Shown in pieces: positions 28,052 to 37,200 of a stretch of 64,000 bases of DNA. The position numbers were made by a program, and so were the translations under genes. How positions within the stretch are numbered: position 1 is the first letter of the stretch; each line of letters begins with the position of its first letter. The notes below the pieces were generated by a model. It was given only the letters and a program-made list of their open reading frames with translations. It was not told where the DNA came from and did no database searches. The stretch is taken from positions 425 to 64,424 of the forward strand of contig CAYGFS010000002.1 in assembly GCA_964349305.1 (NCBI GenBank), written 5' to 3'. Source of the stretch: an uncultured Pseudomonadales bacterium (GTDB lineage: Bacteria > Patescibacteriota > Microgenomatia > UBA1400 > UBA12108).

Positions 28052-29398
28052 CTATTCAGATTTTCGGATTGTAAAAAAATATAACACAATGATAAATAAG
28101 CCTTGAGGAGAGGTAAGGAGATAGTGGTCGAAGAGAAGAAGGGGGAGTAGGGGAACAATTAATCTCAAATCATAAATTCTCAAATTCTCAAATTGAGAGC
28201 GCAGGGTATACAAAATCGCGAGGAGTCCGAAAATACCAAACCAGGAGAGAAACAGTGTGAACGAATTGTGGTCGGGCTGGAGGAGGCGCATTTCAGGTGA
28301 GATAGTGGGGTAGGTAGAGATACTAGCTTGGGCGCCGGTGCCAAAAACGGGGAAATGAGAAATTGCCTTCAAGGACACCCCTTGAAGGTCGAGGCGCTCT
28401 GAGATAGAGAGATCAGAGCGAGGGGGAGAGAGGAGGGGGGGGTAAATAAACCAATAAACCAATAAACCAATAAAAAAATATAAAGCTCTGGATTTGAAAT
28501 TTTTGAAAAAATAAAAGGGAATAATGATGCCAAAAAGAGATAGGGCAGCGGCGCGGGACTGGGTAAGAAAAATTAGGGAAGCAGTGAGTGTGGTGGAGAG
28601 CCAAAGGAGCCGAGTCGTCGAGGACTGTCCTCGCAGGCGGAGGAGAATCAACAAAACAACAACTGACCATCCAGCGAGGACGTTGGGGTGACCAAAGGTA
28701 CCATAAGCTCTCAGTACCACTTCGTGTATAAACGAGCCAAGGGCGACGGCTGGAGAGCCCACAGATACACTGCGCTCGCCAAGGTAGTACATGAGGCCTC
28801 CAACTGAGTGGCCGAGAAATACTTGGATGAGAGAGAGCACGAGCTGGAAGAGGAGTGAGAGGGTCAAAATTAATCTCAAATCATAAATTCTCAAATTCTC
28901 AAATTGAGTAGCCACTAAGGTTCCGATCTGTCTTTCGCTACGCTGCAGACCGCTTAAAGATCGGAACCCGGGGAACAGGGCGACAACAAAGAATAGATAC
29001 AGTAAAAAATGAAGTGACCAGGAGAGGGTGGAGAGGGGGTTGTCAGAATAGAGGAGATTGGTCAGGAGGATGGGGGTCAGGGTACCCATGAGGACTGTCC
29101 TTTCGGTTGCCACCGAGCCCTTCTCGGCTTGCAGCCGGGAATTCCTTCTAAGGACAGTCCTCTGGAGCAGGTCAGACCCTAAAAACAGAATAACTAAAAT
29201 GTCTAAGAAATAAATAGTGGGGGAGAGATAATCGATGCGGATGCCATAGACTAGGCTGGTGAGCGGCCAAAAATGAAAACCCAACTGGGTGGCGGAGAAG
29301 AAAATAATCAGGCCGACGAGAAAATTAGGCGGATTTAATTGAGATAAATAAGCGCCTATCTTGCCCAAAGCCCTCGGAATAGCTAGTGAATTCTGCAT
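28052..29398 (-). CDS. O-antigen ligase/polymerase (Wzy_C)-like membrane protein carrying multiple in-frame repeat insertions
   Basis: Wzy_C-like motifs FLTQSRAAALSL and QPDHNSFTLFLSWFGIFGLL. Start taken at ATG 29398, which still overlaps jag by ~74 nt. The ORF reads through at least five repeat elements without a stop. Confidence 0.45.
   Translation of the reverse strand: MQNSLAIPRALGKIGAYLSQLNPPNFLVGLIIFFSATQLGFHFWPLTSLVYGIRIDYLSPTIYFLDILVILFLGSDLLQRTVLRRNSRLQAEKGSVATERTVLMGTLTPILLTNLLYSDNPLSTLSWSLHFLLYLFFVVALFPGFRSLSGLQRSERQIGTLVATQFENLRIYDLRLILTLSLLFQLVLSLIQVFLGHSVGGLMYYLGERSVSVGSPAVALGSFIHEVVLRAYGTFGHPNVLAGWSVVVLLILLRLRGQSSTTRLLWLSTTLTASLIFLTQSRAAALSLFGIIIPFYFFKNFKSRALYFFIGLLVYWFIYPPLLSPPRSDLSISERLDLQGVSLKAISHFPVFGTGAQASISTYPTISPEMRLLQPDHNSFTLFLSWFGIFGLLAILYTLRSQFENLRIYDLRLIVPLLPLLLFDHYLLTSPQGLFIIVLYFFTIRKSE
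28157..28197. repeat. (CAAATTCT)n octamer-repeat element
   Basis: AATTAATCTCAAATCATAAATTCTCAAATTCTCAAATTGAG. Confidence 0.85.
28866..28907. repeat. (CAAATTCT)n octamer-repeat element
   Basis: Near-identical to 28157-28197. Confidence 0.85.
28917..28975. repeat. ~50-bp hairpin element GGTTCCGATCT-N27-AGATCGGAACC, copy 2 (inside the O-antigen-ligase-like ORF)
   Basis: Matches 22529-22586 with 3 mismatches. Confidence 0.8.
29097..29163. repeat. ~67-bp compound palindrome GAGGACTGTCCT ... AGGACAGTCCTC with inner CCGAG/CTCGG hairpin
   Basis: 12-bp terminal arms are reverse complements. Shares its core with the GNAT-flanking palindromes. In-frame in the ligase-like ORF (translated ...QRTVLRR...ERTVLMG). 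Confidence 0.7.
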
Positions 29399-29777
29399 CG
29401 TCCTTGAGCATGAGGTGGACTTGGCGCCTTTCGGTGGCAGAAAGAGGAGGGAGGACACAAGCGCCACCAATTTCTCTGGCCTGGTTTTTGGCGTTTTCAA
29501 CCATAGATTCAAGCGTGGTCAAGCGGCGGGCGCGGTAACCGGCGACGTCGAGGAGAACGTGGCGATGGACTTCACCCTGGTTGAGCATGAGAGAAATGAT
29601 CAACTGGAGTGAGTCGAGGGTGGAGGCAAAGCGGCCGATCAAGCGGCCGGCTTCCAGCTCGTCGATACCCACGGTAATAGTAATGAGCTCTTCGGTTTCT
29701 GCGACTTTGATTTGGTCGGGGTTGATGTCAAAAAGCTTGAGCAGGGTCTCGATTTTGACTAGATCAATTGGCTGCAT
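29325..29777 (-). CDS. jag: Jag/KhpB RNA-binding protein (KH + R3H)
   Basis: KH-like ...GRLIGRFASTLDSLQLI.... R3H-like ...ATERRQVHLMLKDDAEFTSYSEG. Conserved position downstream of yidC. Confidence 0.75.
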   Translation of the reverse strand: MQPIDLVKIETLLKLFDINPDQIKVAETEELITITVGIDELEAGRLIGRFASTLDSLQLIISLMLNQGEVHRHVLLDVAGYRARRLTTLESMVENAKNQAREIGGACVLPPLSATERRQVHLMLKDDAEFTSYSEGFGQDRRLFISIKSA

Positions 29778-29780
29778 AGG

Positions 29781-30518
29781 TTATTTCCCCTTCTTCAATA
29801 TTTTAAATTTATATGCATAAGTGAGCAGGGCGCCGGGGCCGGAAACAATCAATTGCTGCACCAGGGAAAAAGCGGTGGTGATGACCCAGTAGAGAGCAAG
29901 ACCAGAGGGGAACTGGATGGAGAATATGACGGTCATAATGGGCATCATAAAGACCATTTGCTGCTGCATGGTGGTGGCCATCTCGGCGACGTCTTGCTTT
30001 TCCTCTTTGGTGCCAGGCCGTTTCTCGGGTTGATTTTCAACGGCGGGGAGGATGGTGAGCGACATGATGAGCTGAAGTACACCGGCGAGGACGGGAAGAA
30101 TATAGGTGGTATCTTTGGCTTTGAGGTCCCAGAGGAAGAAGAGGGAATTAACCTCTCCCATCCCGTTGCCCCCCAGAGTACTCATAAACACCTGATAGAG
30201 CGCAATCAAAACAACAAATTGGGCAATAAAAGGCAAGCAGCCGGCGGCGGGGTTAACATTGTGAGTTTTGTAAAACTCCATTTGTTTTTGCTGGAAAAGC
30301 TTGGCGTCGTGGCTGTGTTTTTTCTTCAGTGCATCTAGCTCGGGTTTGAGAAGAGCCATTTTTTTGGCGGATTTGAGCTGAGGAAGTGTGAAGGGGATCA
30401 ATACGCCGCGAACAACTAGAGTTAAGAGAATAATGGCGAATCCTAAGTTTTGACCAGTGAGCTGATATAGCCACAAGAGCGAGTTGAGGATGGGTTGATA
30501 AATGTAGGTATGATACAT
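29781..30518 (-). CDS. yidC: membrane protein insertase YidC (short form, 245 aa)
   Basis: Conserved YidC core ...LVVRGVLIPFTLPQLKSAKKMALLKPELDALKKK... and the rnpA-yidD-yidC-jag synteny. Confidence 0.85.
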   Translation of the reverse strand: MYHTYIYQPILNSLLWLYQLTGQNLGFAIILLTLVVRGVLIPFTLPQLKSAKKMALLKPELDALKKKHSHDAKLFQQKQMEFYKTHNVNPAAGCLPFIAQFVVLIALYQVFMSTLGGNGMGEVNSLFFLWDLKAKDTTYILPVLAGVLQLIMSLTILPAVENQPEKRPGTKEEKQDVAEMATTMQQQMVFMMPIMTVIFSIQFPSGLALYWVITTAFSLVQQLIVSGPGALLTYAYKFKILKKGK

Positions 30519-30564
30519 AATAAAGTTTTCCGGTTTTGCAGTATTCCAGTTTTCCAGTAGAAAA

Positions 30565-30783
30565 CTAAGGCACGGGGTCGTAACCGCCCGCGGACCATGG
30601 ATGACATTTTAACAGTCTTTGGCCAGATAACCAAGCTCCCTTGAGTAATCCGTGTTTTTCGAAAGCTTGCCTCGCATAAAGTGAACAAGTGGGGGAATAG
30701 CGGCAATGACCATGTGACAGGCCGAGATTGGCGGCCATGGCCTTGAGATAGGGTGAGAGACGACGATAAAGAGGGTACAACAT
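30565..30783 (-). CDS. yidD: membrane protein insertion efficiency factor YidD
   Basis: ...[44 protein letters not shown] is the canonical YidD sequence. Confidence 0.8.
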   Translation of the reverse strand: MLYPLYRRLSPYLKAMAANLGLSHGHCRYSPTCSLYARQAFEKHGLLKGAWLSGQRLLKCHPWSAGGYDPVP

Positions 30784-30826
30784 AAATTCTCAAATCCTAA
30801 ATTCTCAAATCCTCAAATTTTAGGGT
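30781..30826. repeat. (CAAATTCT)n octamer-repeat element, variant
   Basis: CATAAATTCTCAAATCCTAAATTCTCAAATCCTCAAATTTTAG. Encodes the last ~10 aa of rnpA (QTLKFEDLRI) and abuts the yidD start. Confidence 0.75.
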
Positions 30827-31132
30827 TTGAAGTTCGGAGAGAATGAGATCGTCGGAGGACTTACCCTTGAGGAGGGCAATGGGCTTGAGCATAATAATAC
30901 AGTCGAGGTTTTTGCCTTTGAGTACTTTCCAGGCAGCGTCATAGACGAGGCGCTTGAAATGATTGCGTAGTACCGCGCGCTTGCTGACTTTGATGGGGAC
31001 AATAACGGAGAGGCGGGCGGGGGCGTGGGGGTCGGTCATAACCCGGAGATGGGGTGTGGCGATCTGTTTGGCGCGGGCGCGAAACACGAGAAACTGGGTG
31101 CGAGTGGGGAATTTATTGGACTGGGAAATCAT
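30797..31132 (-). CDS. rnpA: ribonuclease P protein component
   Basis: Basic 111-aa protein with the RnpA RNR-like motif (...KRAVLRNHFKRLV...) between rpmH and yidD. Confidence 0.75.
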   Translation of the reverse strand: MISQSNKFPTRTQFLVFRARAKQIATPHLRVMTDPHAPARLSVIVPIKVSKRAVLRNHFKRLVYDAAWKVLKGKNLDCIIMLKPIALLKGKSSDDLILSELQTLKFEDLRI

Positions 31133-31184
31133 ATGAGTATATTAAACCAATATACCAATTTATCATTAAACTATTTCAGGGAAA

Positions 31185-31319
31185 CTAAACAGTGAGTTTG
31201 GCGCGACCGGAGGCGCGGCGGCGGGAGATGACCAGGCGGCCCTTGTGAGAAGCCATGCGGATGCGGAAACCGTGAGTGTTTCGGCGTTTGGCTTTTTTGG
31301 GTTGATAGGTTCGTTTCAT
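31185..31319 (-). CDS. rpmH: 50S ribosomal protein L34
   Basis: Manual translation of the minus strand gives [44 protein letters not shown] (44 aa), the canonical L34. Below the 60-aa ORF-track cutoff. Confidence 0.85.
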   Translation of the reverse strand: MKRTYQPKKAKRRNTHGFRIRMASHKGRLVISRRRASGRAKLTV

Positions 31320-31414
31320 GATTTTTGTATTATAGCTGGTGAGTATGGATTTGTCACGGTGGGATGTAGTTGTGACCCATTGTGGGTTGTGGATAAAATG
31401 GGGATAATGTTGTC

Positions 31415-32770
31415 ATGGATATTATTTCTACCTGGTCGGCCGTACTGGCAGAACTAGAGCTTTCGGTGTCGAGCGTGTATTACCCCACTTGGATTAAGCC
31501 ACTCTCGATCGAGTCTTTAGAAAAAATTGCTGATGATAAACAGTTGGTAACCATCCTGTGTCCGTCTAGTTATCACCAAACCATGGTCAGTCAGCGCTAC
31601 CAAGGGCAAATCCAGCGGAGTTTAGAGCGGATTTCTGGCCTGAAAACTGAAGTAAATTACGTCATTGGGAAGGACCCAACAAACACAATAAAACAAGCAC
31701 CAACACCATTGTTTGACCCCCCTTCGCTACCAGGTGGCTTCGGAGGGGCAGAGGGGCACCACAATCTCAATCCAAGACTGACTTTCGAGACCTACGTGGT
31801 GGGGGGGTCGAACAACTTTGCTTATGCAGCGGCACAAGGTGCGGCCAAAACTCCCGGCACGCGGCACAACCCTCTATTTATCTACGGCGGGGTAGGGCTG
31901 GGGAAAACTCATTTGATGCAGGCGATAGGACACGCAATTTATAAAGACCATCCTGATTGGAATATTATGTACATCTCGGCCGAGACTTTTGGTAGCGATT
32001 TGATTGCAAGCCTACAAAACAAGAAAACCCCAGCATTTAAGAAAAAATATCGCGCCCCCAATGTGCTCCTGATCGATGATATCCAGTTTATAGCCGGCAA
32101 AGAGTATATTCAGGAGGAGTTTTTCCATACTTTTAATGAACTCTATATGTCACAGCGTCAAATAGTCTTGACCTCGGACAAGTCTCCTCAAGAAATTGTG
32201 AAGCTCGAGGAGCGCCTATCCTCGAGGTTTATGGGGGGGTTAATGGTGGACATCCAGTCGCCGGACTTTGAAACCAGAGTGGCGATTCTAACTCAAAAGT
32301 GCGAAGCCTTAAGTCTAGATATTCCCGCCGAAGCCATTTCGCTGATTGCAGAGCGCACTACGACTAATATCCGCGAACTTGAAGGGGCACTACAGGGGAT
32401 ACTTACCAAGGCCCTCCCATCGGGAGGCGAGATCACCAGTGACATGGTGAGGGAGTTTTTTGGGGCGGAGAGGGAGCGGAGGACGCAGCGGATCAGACCC
32501 AATAGTGTGATTACCAAGACTGCTCAATATTTTTCGTTTAAACCGACCGAACTGACGGGGTCAAGTAGAAAAGCTCCACTGACTGCCGCCCGCCATACAG
32601 CCATGTACCTCTTGTACAACGATCTGCGACTACCATATGAACAGGTGGGGCGACTGTTTGGCGGACGTGATCATACAACCGTCATCCACGGCGTCGAGAA
32701 AATTACGGATAAACTCAAAACCGATCCAGGTATGGCAAAAATAATTGCAGACATAAAGCACGGGCTCTAA
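31415..32770 (+). CDS. dnaA: chromosomal replication initiator DnaA
   Basis: AAA+ Walker A GGVGLGKTHLMQAIGH. Walker B LLIDDIQF. Sensor motifs. C-terminal DNA-binding domain (...AARHTAMYLLYNDLRLPYEQVGRLFGGRDHTTVIHG). Confidence 0.95.
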   Translation: MDIISTWSAVLAELELSVSSVYYPTWIKPLSIESLEKIADDKQLVTILCPSSYHQTMVSQRYQGQIQRSLERISGLKTEVNYVIGKDPTNTIKQAPTPLFDPPSLPGGFGGAEGHHNLNPRLTFETYVVGGSNNFAYAAAQGAAKTPGTRHNPLFIYGGVGLGKTHLMQAIGHAIYKDHPDWNIMYISAETFGSDLIASLQNKKTPAFKKKYRAPNVLLIDDIQFIAGKEYIQEEFFHTFNELYMSQRQIVLTSDKSPQEIVKLEERLSSRFMGGLMVDIQSPDFETRVAILTQKCEALSLDIPAEAISLIAERTTTNIRELEGALQGILTKALPSGGEITSDMVREFFGAERERRTQRIRPNSVITKTAQYFSFKPTELTGSSRKAPLTAARHTAMYLLYNDLRLPYEQVGRLFGGRDHTTVIHGVEKITDKLKTDPGMAKIIADIKHGL

Positions 32771-33004
32771 ATATGTGGATAAAGATGGGGATAAGGCGGT
32801 GGAGAAGCGCGGGAGAAGTATTTGGGCGAGTGGGGAAAAGTGGAAAGAAGAGAGTTGTCCCCAATAAGGATGAGTTGTCCACAAAGTTATCCACAGCGTT
32901 TTCCCCGCGCGTAGCAGAGATTTATCCGACAATCCACCGGCTCTACTACTATTACAATCTTTAATTAAGATATATTATTAACAGCAGTAAGGGGGCAACC
33001 TAAA
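32771..33004. promoter_or_regulatory. candidate oriC: DnaA-box cluster plus AT-rich unwinding tract in the dnaA-dnaN spacer
   Basis: TGTGGATAA at 32774-32782. TTGTCCACA at 32876-32884. TTATCCACA at 32887-32895. Weaker TTATCCGAC at 32922. Then the AT-rich tract CTACTACTATTACAATCTTTAATTAAGATATATTATTAAC. A further box TGTGGATAA at 31388-31396 lies upstream of dnaA. Confidence 0.6.
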
Positions 33005-34102
33005 ATGAAAATAGAAGTTTTACAAGAACAGCTTTTAAATGGTTTGGGAATTGTAGGGAGAGCGGTGGCGAGTAGAGCACAGTTGCCCGTACTGTCACAC
33101 ATCTTAATTGAAGCAAGAACCGATGGACTAACTTTGTCGGCCACCGATCTAGAGATCGGGATGAAAGTTAAAGTAGCTGCCAAAGTAGACATTGAGGGTA
33201 AGGTGGCGGTACCAGCCAAGATGTTTGAGGAGTTTTTGAGTTCCTTGAACCCAGGTAAAGTGAAGCTTGAACTGAAGGGCGAGGCACTGATCCTATCGGC
33301 ACCGGGATACAGCGGCAAATTCCAGACGATTAGTGCGGAAGAATTTCCAGCGATTGCTTCGATTACTCCCGAAGCGGAGATTTGTACAATAGACTCTAGT
33401 ATTTTAACTAAAGCGGTAGAGAGAGTGGTGTTTGCGAGCGCAAAAGATAGTTTGCGCCCGGTACTGACTGGAGTGTTGTGGGAAGTGGGGAAGAAAAAAG
33501 TGCGGCTAGTGGCCACCGACGGGTTTAGACTTGCGGTAGAGGAGATACAAGTTGATACTAAAGTTGAACAAATTAATTTGCTCGTGCCGTCTAGGGTGGT
33601 GATGGAAGTGGTGCGGCTGGCGGGTTCGGGATCGATCTCCATAGGACACCTTAAAGACACTAATCAAATCTCGTTTGTGGTGGGTGAAACTCAGATAGTC
33701 TCACAGCTGCTTTCAGGGAACTTCCCTGATTACGGGAAGATTTTACCCAAGGAATTTAGTACGGAAATATCGGTAAATAAAGACGAACTACTACAGGCCG
33801 TCAAAGCGGCGCACATCTTTGCCAGAGACAACTCTAATATGGTGAAGTGGCAAATAGGGGAGGGCAAAACAGTATTGGTTTCTAGCTCGCCGGAGCGGGG
33901 AGAATGCGTCGTAGAAGTACCCACCACACTAACGGGCGATCCGCTAGAGATTATTTTTAACGCGAAATATGTAATGGATTATCTCTCAATCACTGAGGGG
34001 GAGACGATCACGCTCGGGATGGGGACAAAATTGTCGCCGGGGATGTTCCGCGACACGAAGCGCGCAAGTGGGCAGTATGTGGTGATGCCGATTAACGCGT
34101 AA
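33005..34102 (+). CDS. dnaN: DNA polymerase III beta sliding clamp
   Basis: MKIEVLQEQLLNGLGIVGRAV... three-domain clamp pattern, 365 aa, directly downstream of dnaA. Confidence 0.9.
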   Translation: MKIEVLQEQLLNGLGIVGRAVASRAQLPVLSHILIEARTDGLTLSATDLEIGMKVKVAAKVDIEGKVAVPAKMFEEFLSSLNPGKVKLELKGEALILSAPGYSGKFQTISAEEFPAIASITPEAEICTIDSSILTKAVERVVFASAKDSLRPVLTGVLWEVGKKKVRLVATDGFRLAVEEIQVDTKVEQINLLVPSRVVMEVVRLAGSGSISIGHLKDTNQISFVVGETQIVSQLLSGNFPDYGKILPKEFSTEISVNKDELLQAVKAAHIFARDNSNMVKWQIGEGKTVLVSSSPERGECVVEVPTTLTGDPLEIIFNAKYVMDYLSITEGETITLGMGTKLSPGMFRDTKRASGQYVVMPINA

Positions 34103-34114
34103 GGTGGAAAAGCT

Positions 34115-34237
34115 TGTCGGGCGAAAATTTGTGAGCTCCGGTATTATTTTGGATAGAATACAAAACACTTACCTACTGACGTGTCGCGTATTTTGTTTAA
34201 AGGAAAAATAATAGTGTCGCCAAAATTTTACCCGACA
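34115..34237 (+). mobile_element. ~123-bp MITE-like element with ~16-bp terminal inverted repeats (copy 1)
   Basis: TTGTCGGGCGAAAATTT ... AAAATTTTACCCGACAA termini. About 95% identical to 61403-61526 in the same orientation. The internal sequence resembles a promoter (TTGTGA-N17-TAGAAT). Confidence 0.6.
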
Positions 34238-34249
34238 AATTTCTCATTT

Positions 34250-37200
34250 CTATTTTATGGGATCAGTAGTGGCTGGTTGTTGGAAAATCGGTCTCCCAGA
34301 CTGCTGTGCGTCTGGAGGCATTTCTCGGGTACTGTCATGCTCGATGTGCTGTGATTCGGTGGGTGCGGCGACAGTGGTCGCAATCGGTTCGACGGTGGGG
34401 GCGGCGGCGGGTTGAGGTGGGGTGAGAGCGGAGGCGCGGGACTGGCTGGCGACCAGCTTGTCGGCGAAGGCCCTTTGGTGGTCCAGAGTCTCCTGAGGGT
34501 TCGTGGTAATGAGACTGTGTTCTTCAGGTGAGGCGACTACTTTCATAGCCACGTGGTTTTGGCCGGCGAAGAAGAGGGCCTCGCCAACTTCGGCAGTCAG
34601 CAAGAGGTGGCGTTCTCCCTGGGAGAGGAAGAACGTGGTCGCGAGCTTTTCGATGGCGCTACTGCTTTGTTTCATGAGAACCTGGAGCGAAGAGTTGCTG
34701 ACGATAGCTTTACCGTGATCGCTCTTTAAGAAATCTTCCACGTCTTGAGTGATAGTGGTCAGGCCCAGGAAATATTTACGAGCCCGCTTGGCGATGCCAT
34801 AGAGGAAGGTGGCGGAGTCCTCGGATTTCATGAGATACCACGCCTCATCGACGACCAGGAGACGGCGCTTGAGATCCCTTTTGACCTTGGTCCAAATGTA
34901 GTCGAGAATGATAAAAATGGCAGTGGGGCGGAGCTCGTCGGTCAAGTTTTTGATACCAAAGACGGTGAGCTGATTGCCAAAATTGACATTGGACTTTTGG
35001 GAGAAAATTCCCTGGAAAGAACCCTTAACATATTTTTCGAGCCGGTCGGCCAGACCACGAGCAACTGCCTCTTCCATACCATTTAAGACCTTGTAGAGAT
35101 CTTCCATGAGCGGGGGCTCGAGCTTGTGGGTGGTGGCGTCGCGATTAATGCCTTTCATCTGGTAGGTCATAACCAGGGCGCGATCGAGGAGGGCTTCTTC
35201 TTGGGGATTCATGTCTCCCATCATAATTTTGAGGAGGGAATGGAGAGAAATAATTTTCATGGCCAGCTCGTTTTCGTCGGGCTCGGCCATTTGAGGAAGC
35301 TCAAAAGGATTGATGCGGTTGGGAGAACTAAAAGAGAAGTCAATATAAGTACCGCCGATGGCGTCGGAGAGTTTGCGATACTCGTCTTCGGGATCGATGA
35401 CGATGACTTCGGTGTCGAAAAGGAGGGAGCGCAAGATTTCCAGCTTGACCATATAAGAGTTGTGGACAAAAATCCCCCCTTGGCCAGCCAGGAAAACCTT
35501 GTTTTTAACCTGCAAATCATACACATATGGGTTGTTGTAGGGAACGAGAACTATAGAGGTGATGGGGTCCCAGATGATTTGACTATTGGCTAGTTGATTA
35601 AGATTGGACAAGACAGTGTCGGTCTCTAGAGGAATCTTTAGATTTAGTTTTTTTACTTGCTGGAGACAGGTCTTGATGTGTTTAGAGAGCTCTTTTGACG
35701 ATGGATTGTATTTCCCATTTTTAATATTTATAAAGTTTTGACCTGGTGAAATTTTGTAAGGTAGAAATATGGTTTCGTGGAGTTTTTTGAACAGTGGAGC
35801 AAGCCCAGGAATAAATTCAACATTGGTGTTTGCGGAGATATTTAGTGTGTCTTGGATAATTGTATTTAATTTACCTTGTTTACCCCCATGTACAAAAGAG
35901 ATGTTTTTAGCAAAATTTAGCAGGTTGTTTTGGCCCGAAATTGAGACTCTCCAATAGGGCTGCTTGATCATGGTCGAGTTGGAGGTCCTTTTTTGTGTGG
36001 GATGGATGCGTGCGTGAATATCAAAACGATTGAAAAGTAGACAGAGAGAGTTAATAAGTGATTTGGACTTTGAGACGGCGGTAACCTGTCTGGCCTCTAC
36101 TCCTCCATCTCCATCGAGATATCCGCCAATCATATTGGCAAGACATTGATCGTCGAGGTTAATGGCCCAGGAGGGGAATCGCTTAGTTGAAGCAGTGTGT
36201 CCAACCCCCATTGACTCAATGACGTGTTTAAAAATAGACGAACTAACTCTAATGTCGGTTGGAGTAATAAAATATGGGAAATTTATATCTTTTAATATAT
36301 TTTCTACCTTATCCCGAATTTCTTGATCTCTGTTTGTAATAATAACAACCGCTGCGGCAGTAGACCCTTCAGCGATATAGAGCCCAAGAAGCCAGGCTAG
36401 ATCTGGAGTAATAGTCAGGGTTGTTGGTAGAAGATGATTGGTGCTGTTTTGAATTTGTATTTGAGCTGTTTGGGGGAGTGGTGAACTAACTCTCGATTTT
36501 AATGAATCATAAAGAGCGATGGGGAAAGCTCTACCACCAAAATATTTTTCAGCGTAAGGGCCAGTATATCCAGAGTTTTTTATCCAATCTTTAGCTCCGA
36601 CAATATGAACCCTCATGTCCTTTGCGAGAGCGTCTAATAAATTTAGAGTCGTCGGCTTTCCTTTAACCGGAATAGATCTTGCAATTGGCATATATTCCCC
36701 AACTTTGGCGTTTTTGGCAATGATAGCTTTGATTGCTCCATTCTCGAGTGTTAAGATCTGGTGATCTGGAGTGACAGTTATGGATCTACCAGACTTTGTG
36801 GTGATATGAAGAAGTTCTTTATAGGGATTGAGTTTACGCGCAACTACTTCAACCTTGCTCCACTGGGGTACTAGGTCCGCGTTGTAACTCAGAACTTCTA
36901 ACTCAGGATTTGTAATAGCTTCGCTTTCACCCACCCTGGTTATTGATTTTGAATCTTTGAAGATTTGGTCGACGTATTGACCAATCTTTATCTCAGAAAC
37001 AGTCTCTTTTTGTCGGATCAGGGTGGGCTCGTCGTATCCTAAGCATTTACCGGAACCCGACTTGGCGAAGACCACCATATTGGCATTTTCGAGCGTGAAA
37101 CGATCAAAAACGACGAGCGAGTCATTGTGTTCGTTGATGCCATACATGAGACCCTCATTGGCGGTGAGCTCAGAGCTGGTGAAGGGGAAGGTGGTGGCAA

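Noticed and set aside
26752-30826. Possibility that the short (CAAATTCT)n repeats form a CRISPR array
   Set aside because: Units are 8-bp tandem iterations within ~40-bp elements. Copies are scattered hundreds to thousands of bp apart with no unique spacers of regular length. No cas genes. Not CRISPR.
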